From positions 2,432,001 through 2,496,000 of the forward strand of contig OZ251997.1 of NCBI GenBank assembly GCA_965247095.1: DNA of 64,000 bases. The letters run 5' to 3'. The notes beneath the pieces were generated by a model. It ran no database searches, was not told the origin of the DNA, and saw only the letters and a list, made by a program, of their open reading frames with translations. Made by a program: the position numbers and the translations under genes. This stretch comes from Candidatus Multivorans sp. Lineage in GTDB: Bacteria > Acidobacteriota > Thermoanaerobaculia > Multivoradales > Multivoraceae. Positions within the stretch are counted from its first letter, which is position 1. The number at the start of each line of letters is the position of its first letter. Of this stretch, positions 29,889-40,096 are shown piece by piece.

Positions 29889-31616
29889 TTACTTCCTGGA
29901 AGCGGTGTTTTTCAGCCGCAGGTCCTTGAACTCGACGCGCATCCCCGCATCGTGGATCTGCAGACCGATTGCGCCTTTGTCCGAACGTCCTTCTTTCGCG
30001 TTGTCGGTGAACTCAGAGGCGAGCTTTCCGTTGATAAAGAACTGGTAGTGTAGTCCAGCTTGAGCGAATTCGCTCCGCTCGCGGTGCTGAGCGCGGCCAG
30101 GAGGACGTTGTCTGAACGACCACTCCCGTAGAAGGAACGGAGCAGCGACTTCGCGGCGTCGTGCCCAAGTCCGCCAGACTCGATCGCCGCAGTCAGAGCC
30201 GGCACGCCTCCTTCGCGGCCGAGGAATGCGACAAGTGCCCGGGTGGCCGTGGCGTTGTCCAACCCGGGCTCCCCGAACAGTCTGACCGCAAACTTCGCAG
30301 CCGCTTTCGAGTCGAGGACAACGAGTGCTTCAATCGCTGAGGCGCGCAGTGTCGGTGTATGCGGCGCATCGGCATGGGCCGCGAGCAGTTCTGTTGCGCC
30401 TTCGGCCGCGAGGCTTGCCATGGCGCCGAAAGCGGCGGTCCGCACGAACTCGGGAAGCGACTCGTCCTTGGCCATCGCGAGGAGACTCTCCTGCGTGTCC
30501 CTGGCCCTCCAGACCCCGGCCAAGATGGCGGCATTGGCACGGAGTTGGAGATTCGGGTGCTCCAACATCCCCGCCAGAGCCCACGGATGATCATACGGCT
30601 CGAGACTTCCAGAACGCGTCGCCCTGGCGGCGGCGGCCAGGATCCGTGCATGTGCATCGGCGTCGTACTTTCCGCCGCTCAAATAGCGATCCGGAGTCAA
30701 GACGAACTCTTCGATTTCCTCTCTTCCCCCTTAGCCCAAGGAGGTTCTCGATCGCGCTCAGACGCGTGTCTTCGCCGGGTGAGCTCGCGCTTCGCCTGAT
30801 AGCGCGTCCACCGCTCGGGCGCTTCGAGGGCGGCAACAACCTCCTCCAGCGGCGCATCCAGGAGCCTCGGCGCCTTCACAAGAGGTGTCGAGGAAGAGGC
30901 AATCCACGTTGTCGTGACGGTCACGTAGGCGCGGCCGGCCGTGTCCCAGCGAATCGCAAGCGGGTTGGTGAGGCCGTCAGCCTCCGACGCGAAGAGATTG
31001 ACCTGCATGCCGTGCGGCACGCTGAACGAAGCAAGCTCCGTCTCGATGTCGGCGGCCGGATGGCCAAAGAGCACTTCCGGCTCGGGGCGCTGATGCCCCG
31101 GGTCCTGGCCGCCGTTGGCTACAGCCCAGACGCGCTCTTCCGCCTTTTCGATCAAGCCGACAAGCTGCTGCCACTCCTCGCGAAAGGAGAGATAGCCGTG
31201 GCTCGACCTGGTAAAGCGCCGCGTCGAGTCGTCACGAGCCCTTCGCTTCCTGTCATCGATTCCGGCTTGCCGTACTGCGCAATGACAACCGTCGTGCCGA
31301 CCCGTTCGAGCTGAGCGTCCCAATCGCCGAAGCCGTCCTCGCGCCAGCGTTCCAGCGAAGAGCCTTGCCGGAAGACGGTGTCCGCTTCCCAGGAGAGATC
31401 ACGGAAGGTGGGCCGAACCTCGGCGAACGCGTCCGTCAGAACGGTCTCGAGATAGCCCGCCCGCTGCAGGTACGCCATATCGGTGCCGCCGGCGAGCACA
31501 ACCACTTCCTCTTCCCCTAAGGCCAACGGAGGCGGTGCCTGCGTGCAGCTCGCCAGGAGCATCCCCGACAGGATCAAGGTCAACGAGAACAGGAGGCGGG
31601 AGGGTTTTCTGATCAT
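29889..31616 (-). pseudogene. PVC-type multidomain lipoprotein (SGNH-like / beta-propeller dehydrogenase / HEAT / DUF1080) collapsed by several deletions
   Basis: Ordered pieces in different frames: LASC lipobox..FRDLSWEADTV; FSVPHGMQVNLFASE..NPLAIRWD..GR; PERWTRYQAKREL; HEAT-like helices; FINGKLASEF..GAIGLQIHD..VEFKDLRLK*. Confidence 0.75.
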
Positions 31617-31621
31617 GGCGC

Positions 31622-32371
31622 CTAACCTCGCCCCATGTACGGCATCTGGTTTGCCATCACCGTTATGAAAGGTACGTTTGCGTCGAGCGGGAGTGCGGCC
31701 ATGTAGCGCACCGCATCGACCACGGCGCGCACGTCCATGGTGGGCTCCGCCTTCGTGCTGCCGTCGGGTTGGGGCACACCCTCTGACATACGCGCGGTCA
31801 TTCTCGTGTAGGCGTTGCCGATGTCGATTTGTCCGCATGCGATGTTGAACTTGCGCCCGTCCAGCGACGTCGACCGTGTAAGCCCGGTGACCGCGTGTTT
31901 TGTCGCAGTGTAAGGGGCGGAATTTGGGCGCGGCACGTGTGCGGAGACCGAGCCGTTGTTGATGATGCGTCCGCCCTGGGGATCCTGCTCCTTCATCAGC
32001 TTGACTGCCCGTTGCGTGCAGAGAAAGGCCCCGGTCAGGTTGACCCCGACCACCCGGTTCCATTGTTCGAGGGTCAGCTCTTCCATCGGCACGGGCGGTG
32101 CGCCGGTGCCGGCGTTGTTGAACAGCAGGTCCAGCCGGTCGAACGCGCTCGTCAATCTGTCGAACACTGCCTGGACGCCTTCGACCTTGCTTATGTCCGC
32201 GGGCGCTATCGAGACCTTGTCGGGATCGCGCGCGCCGCTTTGCGTTTCAGCCAGCCGATCCTCGCGGCGGCCCGCAATGAGCACGTGGTAGCCGTCGTCG
32301 ACCAACCCGTGCGTAACGGCGCGGCCGATCCCGCTGCCGCCGCCGGTCACTATTGCGACTTTCTCTGCCAA
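31622..32371 (-). CDS. SDR-family oxidoreductase
   Basis: [33 protein letters not shown]. Confidence 0.92.
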   Translation of the reverse strand: MAEKVAIVTGGGSGIGRAVTHGLVDDGYHVLIAGRREDRLAETQSGARDPDKVSIAPADISKVEGVQAVFDRLTSAFDRLDLLFNNAGTGAPPVPMEELTLEQWNRVVGVNLTGAFLCTQRAVKLMKEQDPQGGRIINNGSVSAHVPRPNSAPYTATKHAVTGLTRSTSLDGRKFNIACGQIDIGNAYTRMTARMSEGVPQPDGSTKAEPTMDVRAVVDAVRYMAALPLDANVPFITVMANQMPYMGRG

Positions 32372-32439
32372 ATCAATGCTCCCCGTTTGCGCAGGCCGAT
32401 GATACTAAGCTCTCGCGCCGGAGGGCCTCGAACACATCG

Positions 32440-32554
32440 GCAGGGTCCCGCGATCACCGAGGAGCTGGTGCGGCGAGGTCACAGCGACGAGACGATCCGC
32501 AAGTTCCTCGGCGAGAACTACCTCCGAGTCTTCGAGGAGGTCTGGGGGCGCTAA
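32440..32554 (+). pseudogene. Membrane dipeptidase (M19) C-terminal remnant
   Basis: [31 protein letters not shown]. Confidence 0.7.
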
Positions 32555-32943
32555 GGAGCTCCCGTCGTGTCGGCCCTCTCATGAGCGATCGGCGGTATGG
32601 GCCCGGTGGACGGAGACGTTGGTGCTCCGCTCCGCAGCTCTTCACCCAAAAGCCCGCCCTGGACCACCTCGATCGCGCCCGGCCCGGTCGTGTTGTCGGG
32701 GCGGGTCACACGGTAGATCGTGGCGCCCTCGTAGTGCCCGCCCGCGACCCAGGCCAGAAAGTTGTTCGCCGAGATCGGAGCGCGGTCGGGGTAGACGCGC
32801 ACCTCAATCTCGCCGAGATCGGTGTCCAGGACCACGCCGACGGTGCGTTCCTCAGACTGGCACGCCAGCCCTCCGCAGAAAAGGAGCAGGGCGCCGGCGC
32901 GGAGCGCTGCGCCACGCCAAGCGGCACGCGACGCCCGCCGCAT
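32551..32943 (-). pseudogene. Cyclophilin-type PPIase lipoprotein, copy 1 (C-terminus lost)
   Basis: LAC lipobox; LDTDLGEI..APISANNFL..YEGATIYRV..VVQGG..PPIAHE then premature stop. Confidence 0.8.
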
Positions 32944-33001
32944 GCGATTCTGCGCCTTCGCCTCGAACGTCGTGGGCTGTCTTACCGCTAAGGTTCTTGG
33001 C

Positions 33002-33082
33002 ATGACCGAGATCCAGACCACGAAGATGTCCTCGAAGGGGCAGGTTGTCATATCCGATGCCATCTGGACGAGGTTGAGGTGA
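33002..33082 (+). pseudogene. AbrB/MazE antitoxin N-terminal remnant
   Basis: MTEIQTTKMSSKGQVVI. Confidence 0.65.
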
Positions 33083-33089
33083 TTGGACC

Positions 33090-33872
33090 ATGCGCTTAGA
33101 TCAACAAGTCTGCCTCGTCACGGGCGGCGCCTCCGGAATCGGCAGAGCCACCTGCGAGGCGCTTGCCGCCCGGGGCGCCCATGTCGTCGTCACGGACATC
33201 GACGAAGCCGCGGGGCGGGAAGCCGCGGACGCGGTCAGCGGCGAGTTCGCGCGCCTCGACGTAAGCGACCGAGACGCCTGGACGCGTGTTGTTTCCGAGA
33301 TCGTCAGGGCCCACAGCGGGCTCGATCTGGTCCATCTCAACGCCGGCGTGACGACCTATCCGGCGGCCGGGGGTGACTTTCCTGCCTTCGACATCGCAGC
33401 CATGCCGGCGGACGCCTACCGGCGGGCCATGGGAGCAAACATCGACGGAGTCGTCTTCGGCGTGGGTGCGACCGTACAGGCGCTGGAGAACCGGGGCGGC
33501 GGAGCGATCGTCGTGACGGCCTCGGTTGCTGGGCTCGCAACGTGGGAAGTGGACCCCGTCTACACGATGACCAAGCACGCCGTGGTCGGCCTGGTTCGCG
33601 CTCTCGCACCGTCTCTCGCCCAGCGCGGAATCACGCTCAACGCGATCTGCCCGGCCGCCGTCGCCACCAGGATCTTCGGCCCCGAGGCCGAGGACTTCGT
33701 GAGGGAGGCCGACCTTCGACTCATGCCGCCTTCTCAGGTCGCGGATGCCGTCATCGAGGCAGTGACAGGCGGCGAGACCGGCCAGTGTTGGGTCTGCTAC
33801 AAGGACCGTGATCCGATCCGCTACGTGCCGGCCCCGCTTCCGAGATTGTCCAGCCAATCGCGAACCGCATGA
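33090..33872 (+). CDS. SDR-family oxidoreductase
   Basis: TGGASGIG, LNAG, YTMTK, NAICP. Confidence 0.9.
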   Translation: MRLDQQVCLVTGGASGIGRATCEALAARGAHVVVTDIDEAAGREAADAVSGEFARLDVSDRDAWTRVVSEIVRAHSGLDLVHLNAGVTTYPAAGGDFPAFDIAAMPADAYRRAMGANIDGVVFGVGATVQALENRGGGAIVVTASVAGLATWEVDPVYTMTKHAVVGLVRALAPSLAQRGITLNAICPAAVATRIFGPEAEDFVREADLRLMPPSQVADAVIEAVTGGETGQCWVCYKDRDPIRYVPAPLPRLSSQSRTA

Positions 33873-34393
33873 GCTCCTCCCCCGCCGCGCAGCTACGCGC
33901 CCTTCTCGACGCTCCCGGGCTACAGGTGATGCCCTGCTGCTTCGACGCGCTCTCCGCCCGGCTCATCGAGCAGGCGGGGTTCGAACTGACCTTCATGAGC
34001 GGCTTCGCCGTGTCCGCCAGCCGTCTGGGAATGCCCGACACCGGCCTGATCTCCTTCGGAGAGATGCTCGACCAGGGTCGCAACATCTGTTCGGCCACCC
34101 GGCTGCCCGTAATCGGCGACGGCGACACCGGCTACGGCAATGCGCTGAACGTCAAGCGCACGGTCAGGAGCTACGCGAGCGCCGGGTGTGCCGGCGTGAT
34201 GATCGAGGATCAGATCGCGGCCTACCCGTTGACGCTCCTCTCGGCCGCCACCGCGGCCATGCTCGAGGCGTTGAATGCCATGAGGAACGGAGACCGACCC
34301 GCGAACCGCCTGGACTTCGATCGCCTCCGCGGCATCGTCGGGTTCAAGGACTACGACGCCGAGGCCGAGCGCTACCGCGTGGAGGACGACTGA
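33869..34393 (+). pseudogene. Isocitrate lyase/PEP mutase family, copy 1 (in-frame internal deletion)
   Basis: FDALSAR, DGDTGYG, IEDQ joined directly to IAAYP; lacks the KRCGH loop present in copy 2. Confidence 0.85.
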
Positions 34394-34398
34394 CTGCC

Positions 34399-34509
34399 AT
34401 GACCAGGATCTCAAGAAGCGGAGACTGCGGCAACTCCCCGAAGAACAAGCTCCTCAAGGAGCTGGCGATCGCCATCGCTCGCGGCGATTCCTCCGGGTTC
34501 GAAGAGTAG
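34399..34509 (+). pseudogene. N-terminal remnant of a 'DCGNSPK' (SnoaL/NTF2-like) protein
   Basis: MTRISRSGDCGNSPKNKLLKELAIAIARGD, stop after 36 aa. Confidence 0.5.
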
Positions 34510-34607
34510 TGACGAGCGAAGTCGTTTGGCAACCGGCGTCTTCTGCTCGCGTCGGCGTAGCGGCGGTCGGGCCTTGAGTTCGCCGGCGCTGTAGTACGAC
34601 CTGCCGT

Positions 34608-34636
34608 TTGACAGGGCTGCGGCACTGCCGCATAGT
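34608..34636 (+). promoter_or_regulatory. sigma70 promoter, probably leaderless higB transcript
   Basis: TTGACA-17-CATAGT, GTG start 5 nt downstream. Confidence 0.6.
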
Positions 34637-34641
34637 CGGCC

Positions 34642-34971
34642 GTGCGCGTTTTCTTCACCAGGACCTATGAGCAGGCCATCCGCAAGCTCATGTCTGAAGC
34701 AGATCGACGAGCGATGGAGGCTGCCATTGCTGCCGAACCGAGCGCTGCGCCCGTGATCCGCGGGACCGGAGGAATTCGGAAACAGCGGTGGGCTGGGTCT
34801 GGACGAGGTAAACGAGGCGGCGTCCGTACGATCTACTTTTGGCACGCCGGTCCTGGCGCTGTCTACCTGCTGACCGCCTACGCGAAGGCGGATCGGGCCG
34901 ATCTGAGTCCTGCGGACAGGAGGGCGCTCTCCCGCCTTGTGGGCACAATCAAGAAGGAGGAGGACTCATGA
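34642..34971 (+). CDS. HigB/RelE-family toxin
   Basis: IRGTGGIRKQRW..GKRGGVRTIYF..LLTAYAK. Confidence 0.9.
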   Translation: MRVFFTRTYEQAIRKLMSEADRRAMEAAIAAEPSAAPVIRGTGGIRKQRWAGSGRGKRGGVRTIYFWHAGPGAVYLLTAYAKADRADLSPADRRALSRLVGTIKKEEDS

Positions 34972-35273
34972 CGACTCAGCGAACGGAAACGGGCCGCGAG
35001 GTGGAAGCTGCCCTCGGAGAAGTGCTCGCTCACGTGCGCGGCGAAACGCGACTGCCTTGCCGAATCGTCGACGATCCGACGGCGGAGCGCATCGTTGCGC
35101 TCCGTAAGCGCATGCAGCTCAGTCGCCAGAGCTTCGCGGACCGGTTCGGACTGGATGCCCGCGCCGTGCAGGACTGGGAACAGGGTCGACGAGTCCCGGG
35201 CCGTGCGGCTCGCGTCCTGCTGACTGTCATCGACCGGGAACCGGAGGCGGTCGTGCGTGCCCTCGACGGCTGA
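34968..35273 (+). CDS. HigA-like XRE HTH antitoxin
   Basis: LSRQSFADRFGL..VQDWEQGRRVP..ARVLL. Confidence 0.9.
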   Translation: MTTQRTETGREVEAALGEVLAHVRGETRLPCRIVDDPTAERIVALRKRMQLSRQSFADRFGLDARAVQDWEQGRRVPGRAARVLLTVIDREPEAVVRALDG

Positions 35274-35326
35274 GGGACCGTTACGGTGCGGCGGTCAGGC
35301 GAGGGCGCAGCGTTTCGCCCGCTCTC

Positions 35327-35385
35327 TCAATCTACCTCCCACTTCCCGGCTTCTTCCATCGCCTCCCGGTAAGCCAGCAGGCAGT
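35327..35385 (-). pseudogene. MFS transporter extreme 3' remnant (paralog of 36422-36480)
   Basis: CLLAYREAMEEAGKWEVD* versus CLSAYRKAMEEAGKWEVD*. Confidence 0.75.
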
Positions 35386-35519
35386 CAAGCCCAGCGAACC
35401 CTTCTACGGTTAGCATCCGCGGCGATGCATGACGCCCCTGGACTCGTTGCGCCCCCTGTCGGCATCCTCGACAACCGCTCCCGCGGCGCGGCCGGAGACT
35501 TCCTGAAAGCGCACCTCAA

Positions 35520-35860
35520 GGAACGTCGAAGACGTCGACTTCATCGGCCAGCCCGGTGAAGACAACGGCCTGTTTCTGACCATCCGGAGGTCGAAGACCG
35601 ACCAGACCGCGAAGGGGCAGCGCATCGCGATACCGGCGGGAAAGGGACTGAACGCCGTGTCGCGCCTGCGACGATGGCTGGCGCTCGTCCGGGCTACAGA
35701 GGGGCCGCTGTTCGAGTCCCTATGGCGCGGCGGGCGACTTCGCGGCCGCCGCTTGCACCATTCGGACATCCCGCGCCTAGTCAAGCACTACGTCCAGGCG
35801 ATCGGGCTCGATCCGGCCGAGTACTCGGGGCATTCCCTGCGCGCCGGTTTCGTCACCAAC
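35520..35860 (+). pseudogene. Cre-like tyrosine recombinase internal remnant
   Basis: VEDVDF..LTIRRSKTDQ..G..GPLF..YSGHSLRAGFVT; catalytic Tyr region missing. Confidence 0.85.
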
Positions 35861-35917
35861 GCGCCCGGCAGTTCCCGCTGCCCAGGGGTAGGCCAATGGC
35901 CTATACGATCGGGATGG

Positions 35918-36029
35918 GACCTACGTCGTCGTCTACACGATACGGGGTTCGGCAACCCGCATTATCTCGGCCCGCAAGGCCAACAGGAAGGAGGTCGCGA
36001 ACCATGAGCACAACGCGCGTCAGGATTGA
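35918..36029 (+). pseudogene. BrnT toxin C-terminal remnant
   Basis: YVVVYTIRGSATRIISARKANRKE. Confidence 0.75.
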
Positions 36030-36339
36030 TCCCGACGATCCGGCGACCTTTCCCGAAGGGAGGATCGACGCTGCGAAGGTGGACAGCACCACCGAGGCGG
36101 AGATCGGCTTGCAGCAGCGCGAGGATGACGCCGAGGCGATGCAAGACGTGGCGCGGTACGCGCGCCGGGTCCGCCGGCGGCTGGGGCTCAGTCAGACAGA
36201 GTTTGCGCGGCGCATCGACGTGCCGCACGAGACGATCCGCAACTGGGAACAGGGGAAGCGCTGCCCGACCGGCGCGGCGCGCGCCCTGTTGCGAGTGCTC
36301 GACAAGGCTCCCGAGACCGCGCTGCGGGTGCTGACCTGA
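36004..36339 (+). CDS. XRE HTH antitoxin (orphaned)
   Basis: LGLSQTEFARRI..TIRNWEQGKRCPTGAARALL. Confidence 0.85.
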   Translation: MSTTRVRIDPDDPATFPEGRIDAAKVDSTTEAEIGLQQREDDAEAMQDVARYARRVRRRLGLSQTEFARRIDVPHETIRNWEQGKRCPTGAARALLRVLDKAPETALRVLT

Positions 36340-36421
36340 AAAGGCGGAGTCCCGGAACGGCAGGCCGCGGACCATGCGCGAGTAAAAGACGAAGCGGCCC
36401 AAGCGGACGCTGCGCTCCCCC

Positions 36422-36733
36422 TCAATCCACCTCCCACTTCCCAGCCTCTTCCATGGCCTTCCGGTACGCCGACAGGCAGTACCAGAACAGGATCGCCCCG
36501 GCCGGCTTGAAGATCGCCTGCATGGTGGCGAGCGAGTAGTGGACTTTGCCGTCGTCCTGGAACAGGAAGTCGGTGAACGCGGCCAGGGTGCTGGTGCCAA
36601 GGGCCATGCCGAAGCAGCGAAAGGATGTTGCGGTCGAGGAACGACAGCACGTAGGCGAGGAACAGGAGCACGACCCCGTAGTTGGCGGCGCCCACGGAGG
36701 GGTAGTCGGACTCGGGCTTCGCCACTGCCGCAC
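36422..36733 (-). pseudogene. MFS (spinster-like) transporter; only first TM and last TMs kept
   Basis: YGVVLLFLAYVLSFLDRNILSLL, frame jump to FGMALG..LAAFTDFLFQDDGKVHYSL. Confidence 0.8.
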
Positions 36734-37117
36734 TCACTCCAGACGCGTTACCGAGGCTCGCAACCATTCGTCCAGCGCGTCCCGATCCAGCGTCCCCGCC
36801 TCGAGCCCACCGATCAGGAACATGTACGCCTCACCATCGTCGACCACGAGCCTCCAACCGTTCATGCGCAGGAAGACATCCGTCGCGAAGAAGGCCACGC
36901 GCTTGTTGCCGTCAACGAAGGCGTGGTTGATGAGCAACGACTCGAACAGCGCCGCAGCCATGGCCACCACGTCTTCGTAGTAGCCCGACTGCGGCCGGAA
37001 GAGCGCACTCTCAGCCAGACCAAGGTCGCGCGCGCCGGTTGAACCGCCGAAGCGCACGATGAGGCGTTCGTGGATCGCCAGCAGTTCGTCGAGCGTAAGG
37101 AACTGGACCCTGTCCAT
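36734..37117 (-). CDS. doc: Doc/Fic-family toxin
   Basis: LESAL-like AESALFRP; NHAFVDGNKRVA Doc motif. Confidence 0.92.
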   Translation of the reverse strand: MDRVQFLTLDELLAIHERLIVRFGGSTGARDLGLAESALFRPQSGYYEDVVAMAAALFESLLINHAFVDGNKRVAFFATDVFLRMNGWRLVVDDGEAYMFLIGGLEAGTLDRDALDEWLRASVTRLE

Positions 37118-37138
37118 CGATCGGCGACGGAGAACGCG

Positions 37139-37351
37139 CTACCGCGCGAGGAGCTTTCCCAGCTCGTCGTTCTCGCGCATCGAGTCCTCCAGATGCCGCA
37201 GCACATCCGGCCGTACGCGGCGCCGGGCCAGGTACTCCTCCACCGCCTCGGATAGCAGTCCTGAAACGGTCCGCCTGGTTTCCTTCGCCAGGTCGTGGAG
37301 TTCGCTCCAGGCCGCCTCGTCCACCTTCGAGCTGATCTTGATCGCCGACAT
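37139..37351 (-). CDS. RHH antitoxin upstream of doc
   Basis: IKISSKVD..LAKETRRTVSGLLSEAVEEYL. Confidence 0.75.
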   Translation of the reverse strand: MSAIKISSKVDEAAWSELHDLAKETRRTVSGLLSEAVEEYLARRRVRPDVLRHLEDSMRENDELGKLLAR

Positions 37352-37386
37352 CGGTTCGCCTCCTGTCTCCTCTATCCGCCGGAGCA

Positions 37387-37406
37387 TGACGTGTCATGAC
37401 ACGTCA
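37387..37406. promoter_or_regulatory. Perfect 20-bp palindromic operator
   Basis: TGACGTGTCATGACACGTCA, 35 nt upstream of antitoxin start. Confidence 0.7.
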
Positions 37407-37419
37407 GGTCAAGCTCCCT

Positions 37420-37831
37420 TCACGCCCTTTGCCGCACCACCCGCCCGAAGGTCGCGTAGCCCTGGCCGTGGGGCTGGCGCATCGTGTTGCCGGTATCGAG
37501 TGCCGGATTGTCGGCGATGTTCACGAAGAACTCCGAATCGGCGGTTCCGGGCTCGAGCCGCGCGTAGGCGACGGTACCGCGCTCATTCAGGATGCCCGTC
37601 ACGGTAGAAGGTTGCGCCCTCGTAGTGCCCGCCCTCGACCCAGGCCAGAAAGTTGTTCGCCGAGATCGGAGCGCGGTCGGGGTAGACACGCACCTCGATC
37701 TGGCCGAGATCCGTGTCCAGAACCACGCCGACGGTGCGATCCGCAGGCTGGCACGCCAGCCCTCCGACGAGAGCGAGCAGGGCGCCGGCAAACAGCGCTG
37801 CGTCGCGCCAGAGTGTTCTCGTGATCTCCAT
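37420..37831 (-). pseudogene. Cyclophilin-type PPIase, copy 2 (middle deleted, frameshift)
   Basis: ..YEGATFYR | TGILNERGTVAYARLEPGTADSEFFVN..GQGYATFGRVV. Confidence 0.8.
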
Positions 37832-37864
37832 CCCGCGGCTAAATGGCGCCGGCCTCGCTCCCTC

Positions 37865-38419
37865 CTAACGGTCGACCTCAGACCCAATCTCCCGAAGCAG
37901 ATCCGCGCAGCCGAGCTCGTCCGCAAGCTCCTCGAGCAGCCCCTCATCCGTCGGTGTCGGATCGAGGAGCATTCCAAGCACATCGCCTCGGCTCTTGGCG
38001 CTTCCCCTCTTCACCCAGAGGAGCTTCGACAGGATGGCATCTTCCTTCGACACGATCCTCACAGCGAGACCTTCGAAGAGCTCGACCCTCTGGCTACGGT
38101 CTAGTTCTCCCGGAACGTCCTCACCGACGTGAAAGTCGGCCTTGATCATCAGCTCTCGGTGAAGGGCCTGGAACATGCCACCCGCCTCTACAGCTCGGGC
38201 CACCCGTTCACGATCGAGCAGGAACTCGCGACTCAGCTCTTGCGAGAGCGCTCCGGCATCCGACAGCGTGAGCCGGACGACGAAGTCGACATCCTGGGTC
38301 AAACGCGGTTCGCCGTAGAACGACGAAACCAGTCCGCCAGTGACGTGGTACGGGATGTTCCGGCCCTGAAGCACCGTGACCACCGCCTCCAGGACGAGGC
38401 GCAGCCCGCCGACCTTCAT
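37865..38419 (-). CDS. Pol-beta-type nucleotidyltransferase-like protein
   Basis: IPYHVTGG..YGEPRLTQDVDFVV; EDAILSKL; RGDV. Confidence 0.7.
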   Translation of the reverse strand: MKVGGLRLVLEAVVTVLQGRNIPYHVTGGLVSSFYGEPRLTQDVDFVVRLTLSDAGALSQELSREFLLDRERVARAVEAGGMFQALHRELMIKADFHVGEDVPGELDRSQRVELFEGLAVRIVSKEDAILSKLLWVKRGSAKSRGDVLGMLLDPTPTDEGLLEELADELGCADLLREIGSEVDR

Positions 38420-38643
38420 GAATCGAGAAGCGACAGCAGGCGCAGCGTCTCGCGGTCCGACCGATAGAGCTGTTCGGCAACTCGCCTCGTCACTTCGGGC
38501 GGCGCCAACTGCGGATTGCTGGCCACGATCTTGCGCGCGAGCATCTCCCGCACCTCGGAAAACAGGTCAGCCGACCTCTCGACTCGCCGCAGTCCCGACC
38601 AGCTAGCAATCGCCTCACGATACTGCTCTTCGACGCCGCTCAC
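38416..38643 (-). CDS. Small helical partner of the nucleotidyltransferase
   Basis: 75 aa, 4-nt overlap with downstream NTase gene. Confidence 0.6.
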   Translation of the reverse strand: MSGVEEQYREAIASWSGLRRVERSADLFSEVREMLARKIVASNPQLAPPEVTRRVAEQLYRSDRETLRLLSLLDS

Positions 38644-38684
38644 AGAGGCAGCTTAACACCGGCACATCGCCCGACGGAGGCGGT

Positions 38685-38771
38685 TTACTCCAGAGAGCCA
38701 AGCGCGACGAGCCCGGTGATGTGGTGAATGCCCCGGACCGGTGAAGGGGCGAGCGCCTTGAATTCAGCCAT
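38685..38771 (-). pseudogene. VOC/glyoxalase gene reduced to 28 codons
   Basis: RBS AAGGAGA + MAEFKALAPSPVRGIHHIT|GLVALGSLE*. Confidence 0.5.
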
Positions 38772-38824
38772 GAGTTCTCCTTGCTCTGTTCGGTAGCGAA
38801 GCAGATGTTACGTTCCTGAGCAGC

Positions 38825-39713
38825 ATGAGTTCCTCCCCCGCCGCGCGTCTACGCGCCCTTCTCGACGCCCCCGGGCTCCAGGTGATGCCCTGCTGCTTCG
38901 ATGCGCTCTCCGCCCGGCTCATCGAACAGGCAGGATTCCCGCTGACCTTCATGAGCGGGTTCGCCGTGTCCGCCAGCCGCCTCGGAATGCCGGACACCGG
39001 CCTGATCTCCTTCGGAGAGATGCTCGACCAGGGTCGCAACATCTGTTCGGCCACCCGACTGCCCACAATCGGCGACGGCGACACCGGCTACGGCAACGCC
39101 CTGAACGTCAAGCGCACGGTGAAGAGCTACGCAAGCGCCGGTTTCGCGGGTGTGATGATCGAGGACCAGGAAGCGCCCAAGCGGTGCGGGCACACGAGGG
39201 GCAAGCGCGTCGTCTCCCGAGCCGAGGCGGTGTCGCGGATCCAAGCCGCGGTGGACGCGCGCGAGGAGGGTGGACGCGCGCGAGGAGGGCGCGGACATTC
39301 TGGTCGTGGCACGCACCGACGCCCGCGCCACCGACGGATTCGACGAGGCCCTGGCCCGCTGCCAGGCCTTTGCGGACGTCGGCGCCGACGTCCTCTTCCT
39401 GGAGGCCCCGCAGTCGGAGAGCGAGATGATCGCGTTCTGCGAGGCGATCCCCGGTCCGAAGATGGCGAACCTGGTCGAGGGGGGCGACACGCCGCTCCTG
39501 CCGCCCGAGCGGCTCGAGGAGATCGGCTACAAGATCGCGGCCTACCCGCTGACGCTCCTCTCCGCCGCCACCGCAGCCATGCTCGATGCCTTGCATGCCC
39601 TGAAGAACGGGGACCGCCCCACCCGCCTCGTGGACTTCGATCGTCTTCGCGACATCGTCGGGTTCGAGGGCTACGACGCCGAGGCCGAGCGCTACCGTGT
39701 GGAGGACGACTGA
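38825..39713 (+). pseudogene. Isocitrate lyase/PEP mutase family, copy 2 (full length, frameshifted)
   Basis: IEDQEAPKRCGH, ARTDA, GADVLFLEA, ANLVEGG; exact 19-nt tandem duplication at 39251-39288. Confidence 0.9.
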
Positions 39714-39760
39714 CCGGGCGTGCGCTGGGCCTGCTCGAGGCGTCGGCCCGACAGCTACTC

Positions 39761-40096
39761 TCAACGCCGTTCGATGCCGACGGCTCTCGCCAGAGCATCG
39801 TCCAAGTCGACCATTCTGGCGGGCGGCAGCTCGGTAACGAAGCCAGTGAGCTTCGACTTGAACATCAGAGCAAGGAAGTCGCAGCGGATCGAACAGTCTG
39901 TTGGCAGGCCATCGGCCGGGCCCACAGCGACATCTGTCGAAAGGCCCAGGTGCTCCCCATAGAGCGGAGCACAAGAAACAGTCGAGATGTCCTCGTTCTC
40001 GGCAATGAAAGGGCGCGACACGACGACGTAGAAGCCCGGCTTGCCACCCCTTTCCGGCATCCGTTCCCGGGTTCGGTAGATCGCTCCTCGCTTCAA
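39761..40096 (-). CDS. MazF/PemK-family toxin
   Basis: MKRGAIY..KPGFYVVVSR..DGLPTDCSIRCD..LDDALARAVG. Confidence 0.8.
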   Translation of the reverse strand: MKRGAIYRTRERMPERGGKPGFYVVVSRPFIAENEDISTVSCAPLYGEHLGLSTDVAVGPADGLPTDCSIRCDFLALMFKSKLTGFVTELPPARMVDLDDALARAVGIERR

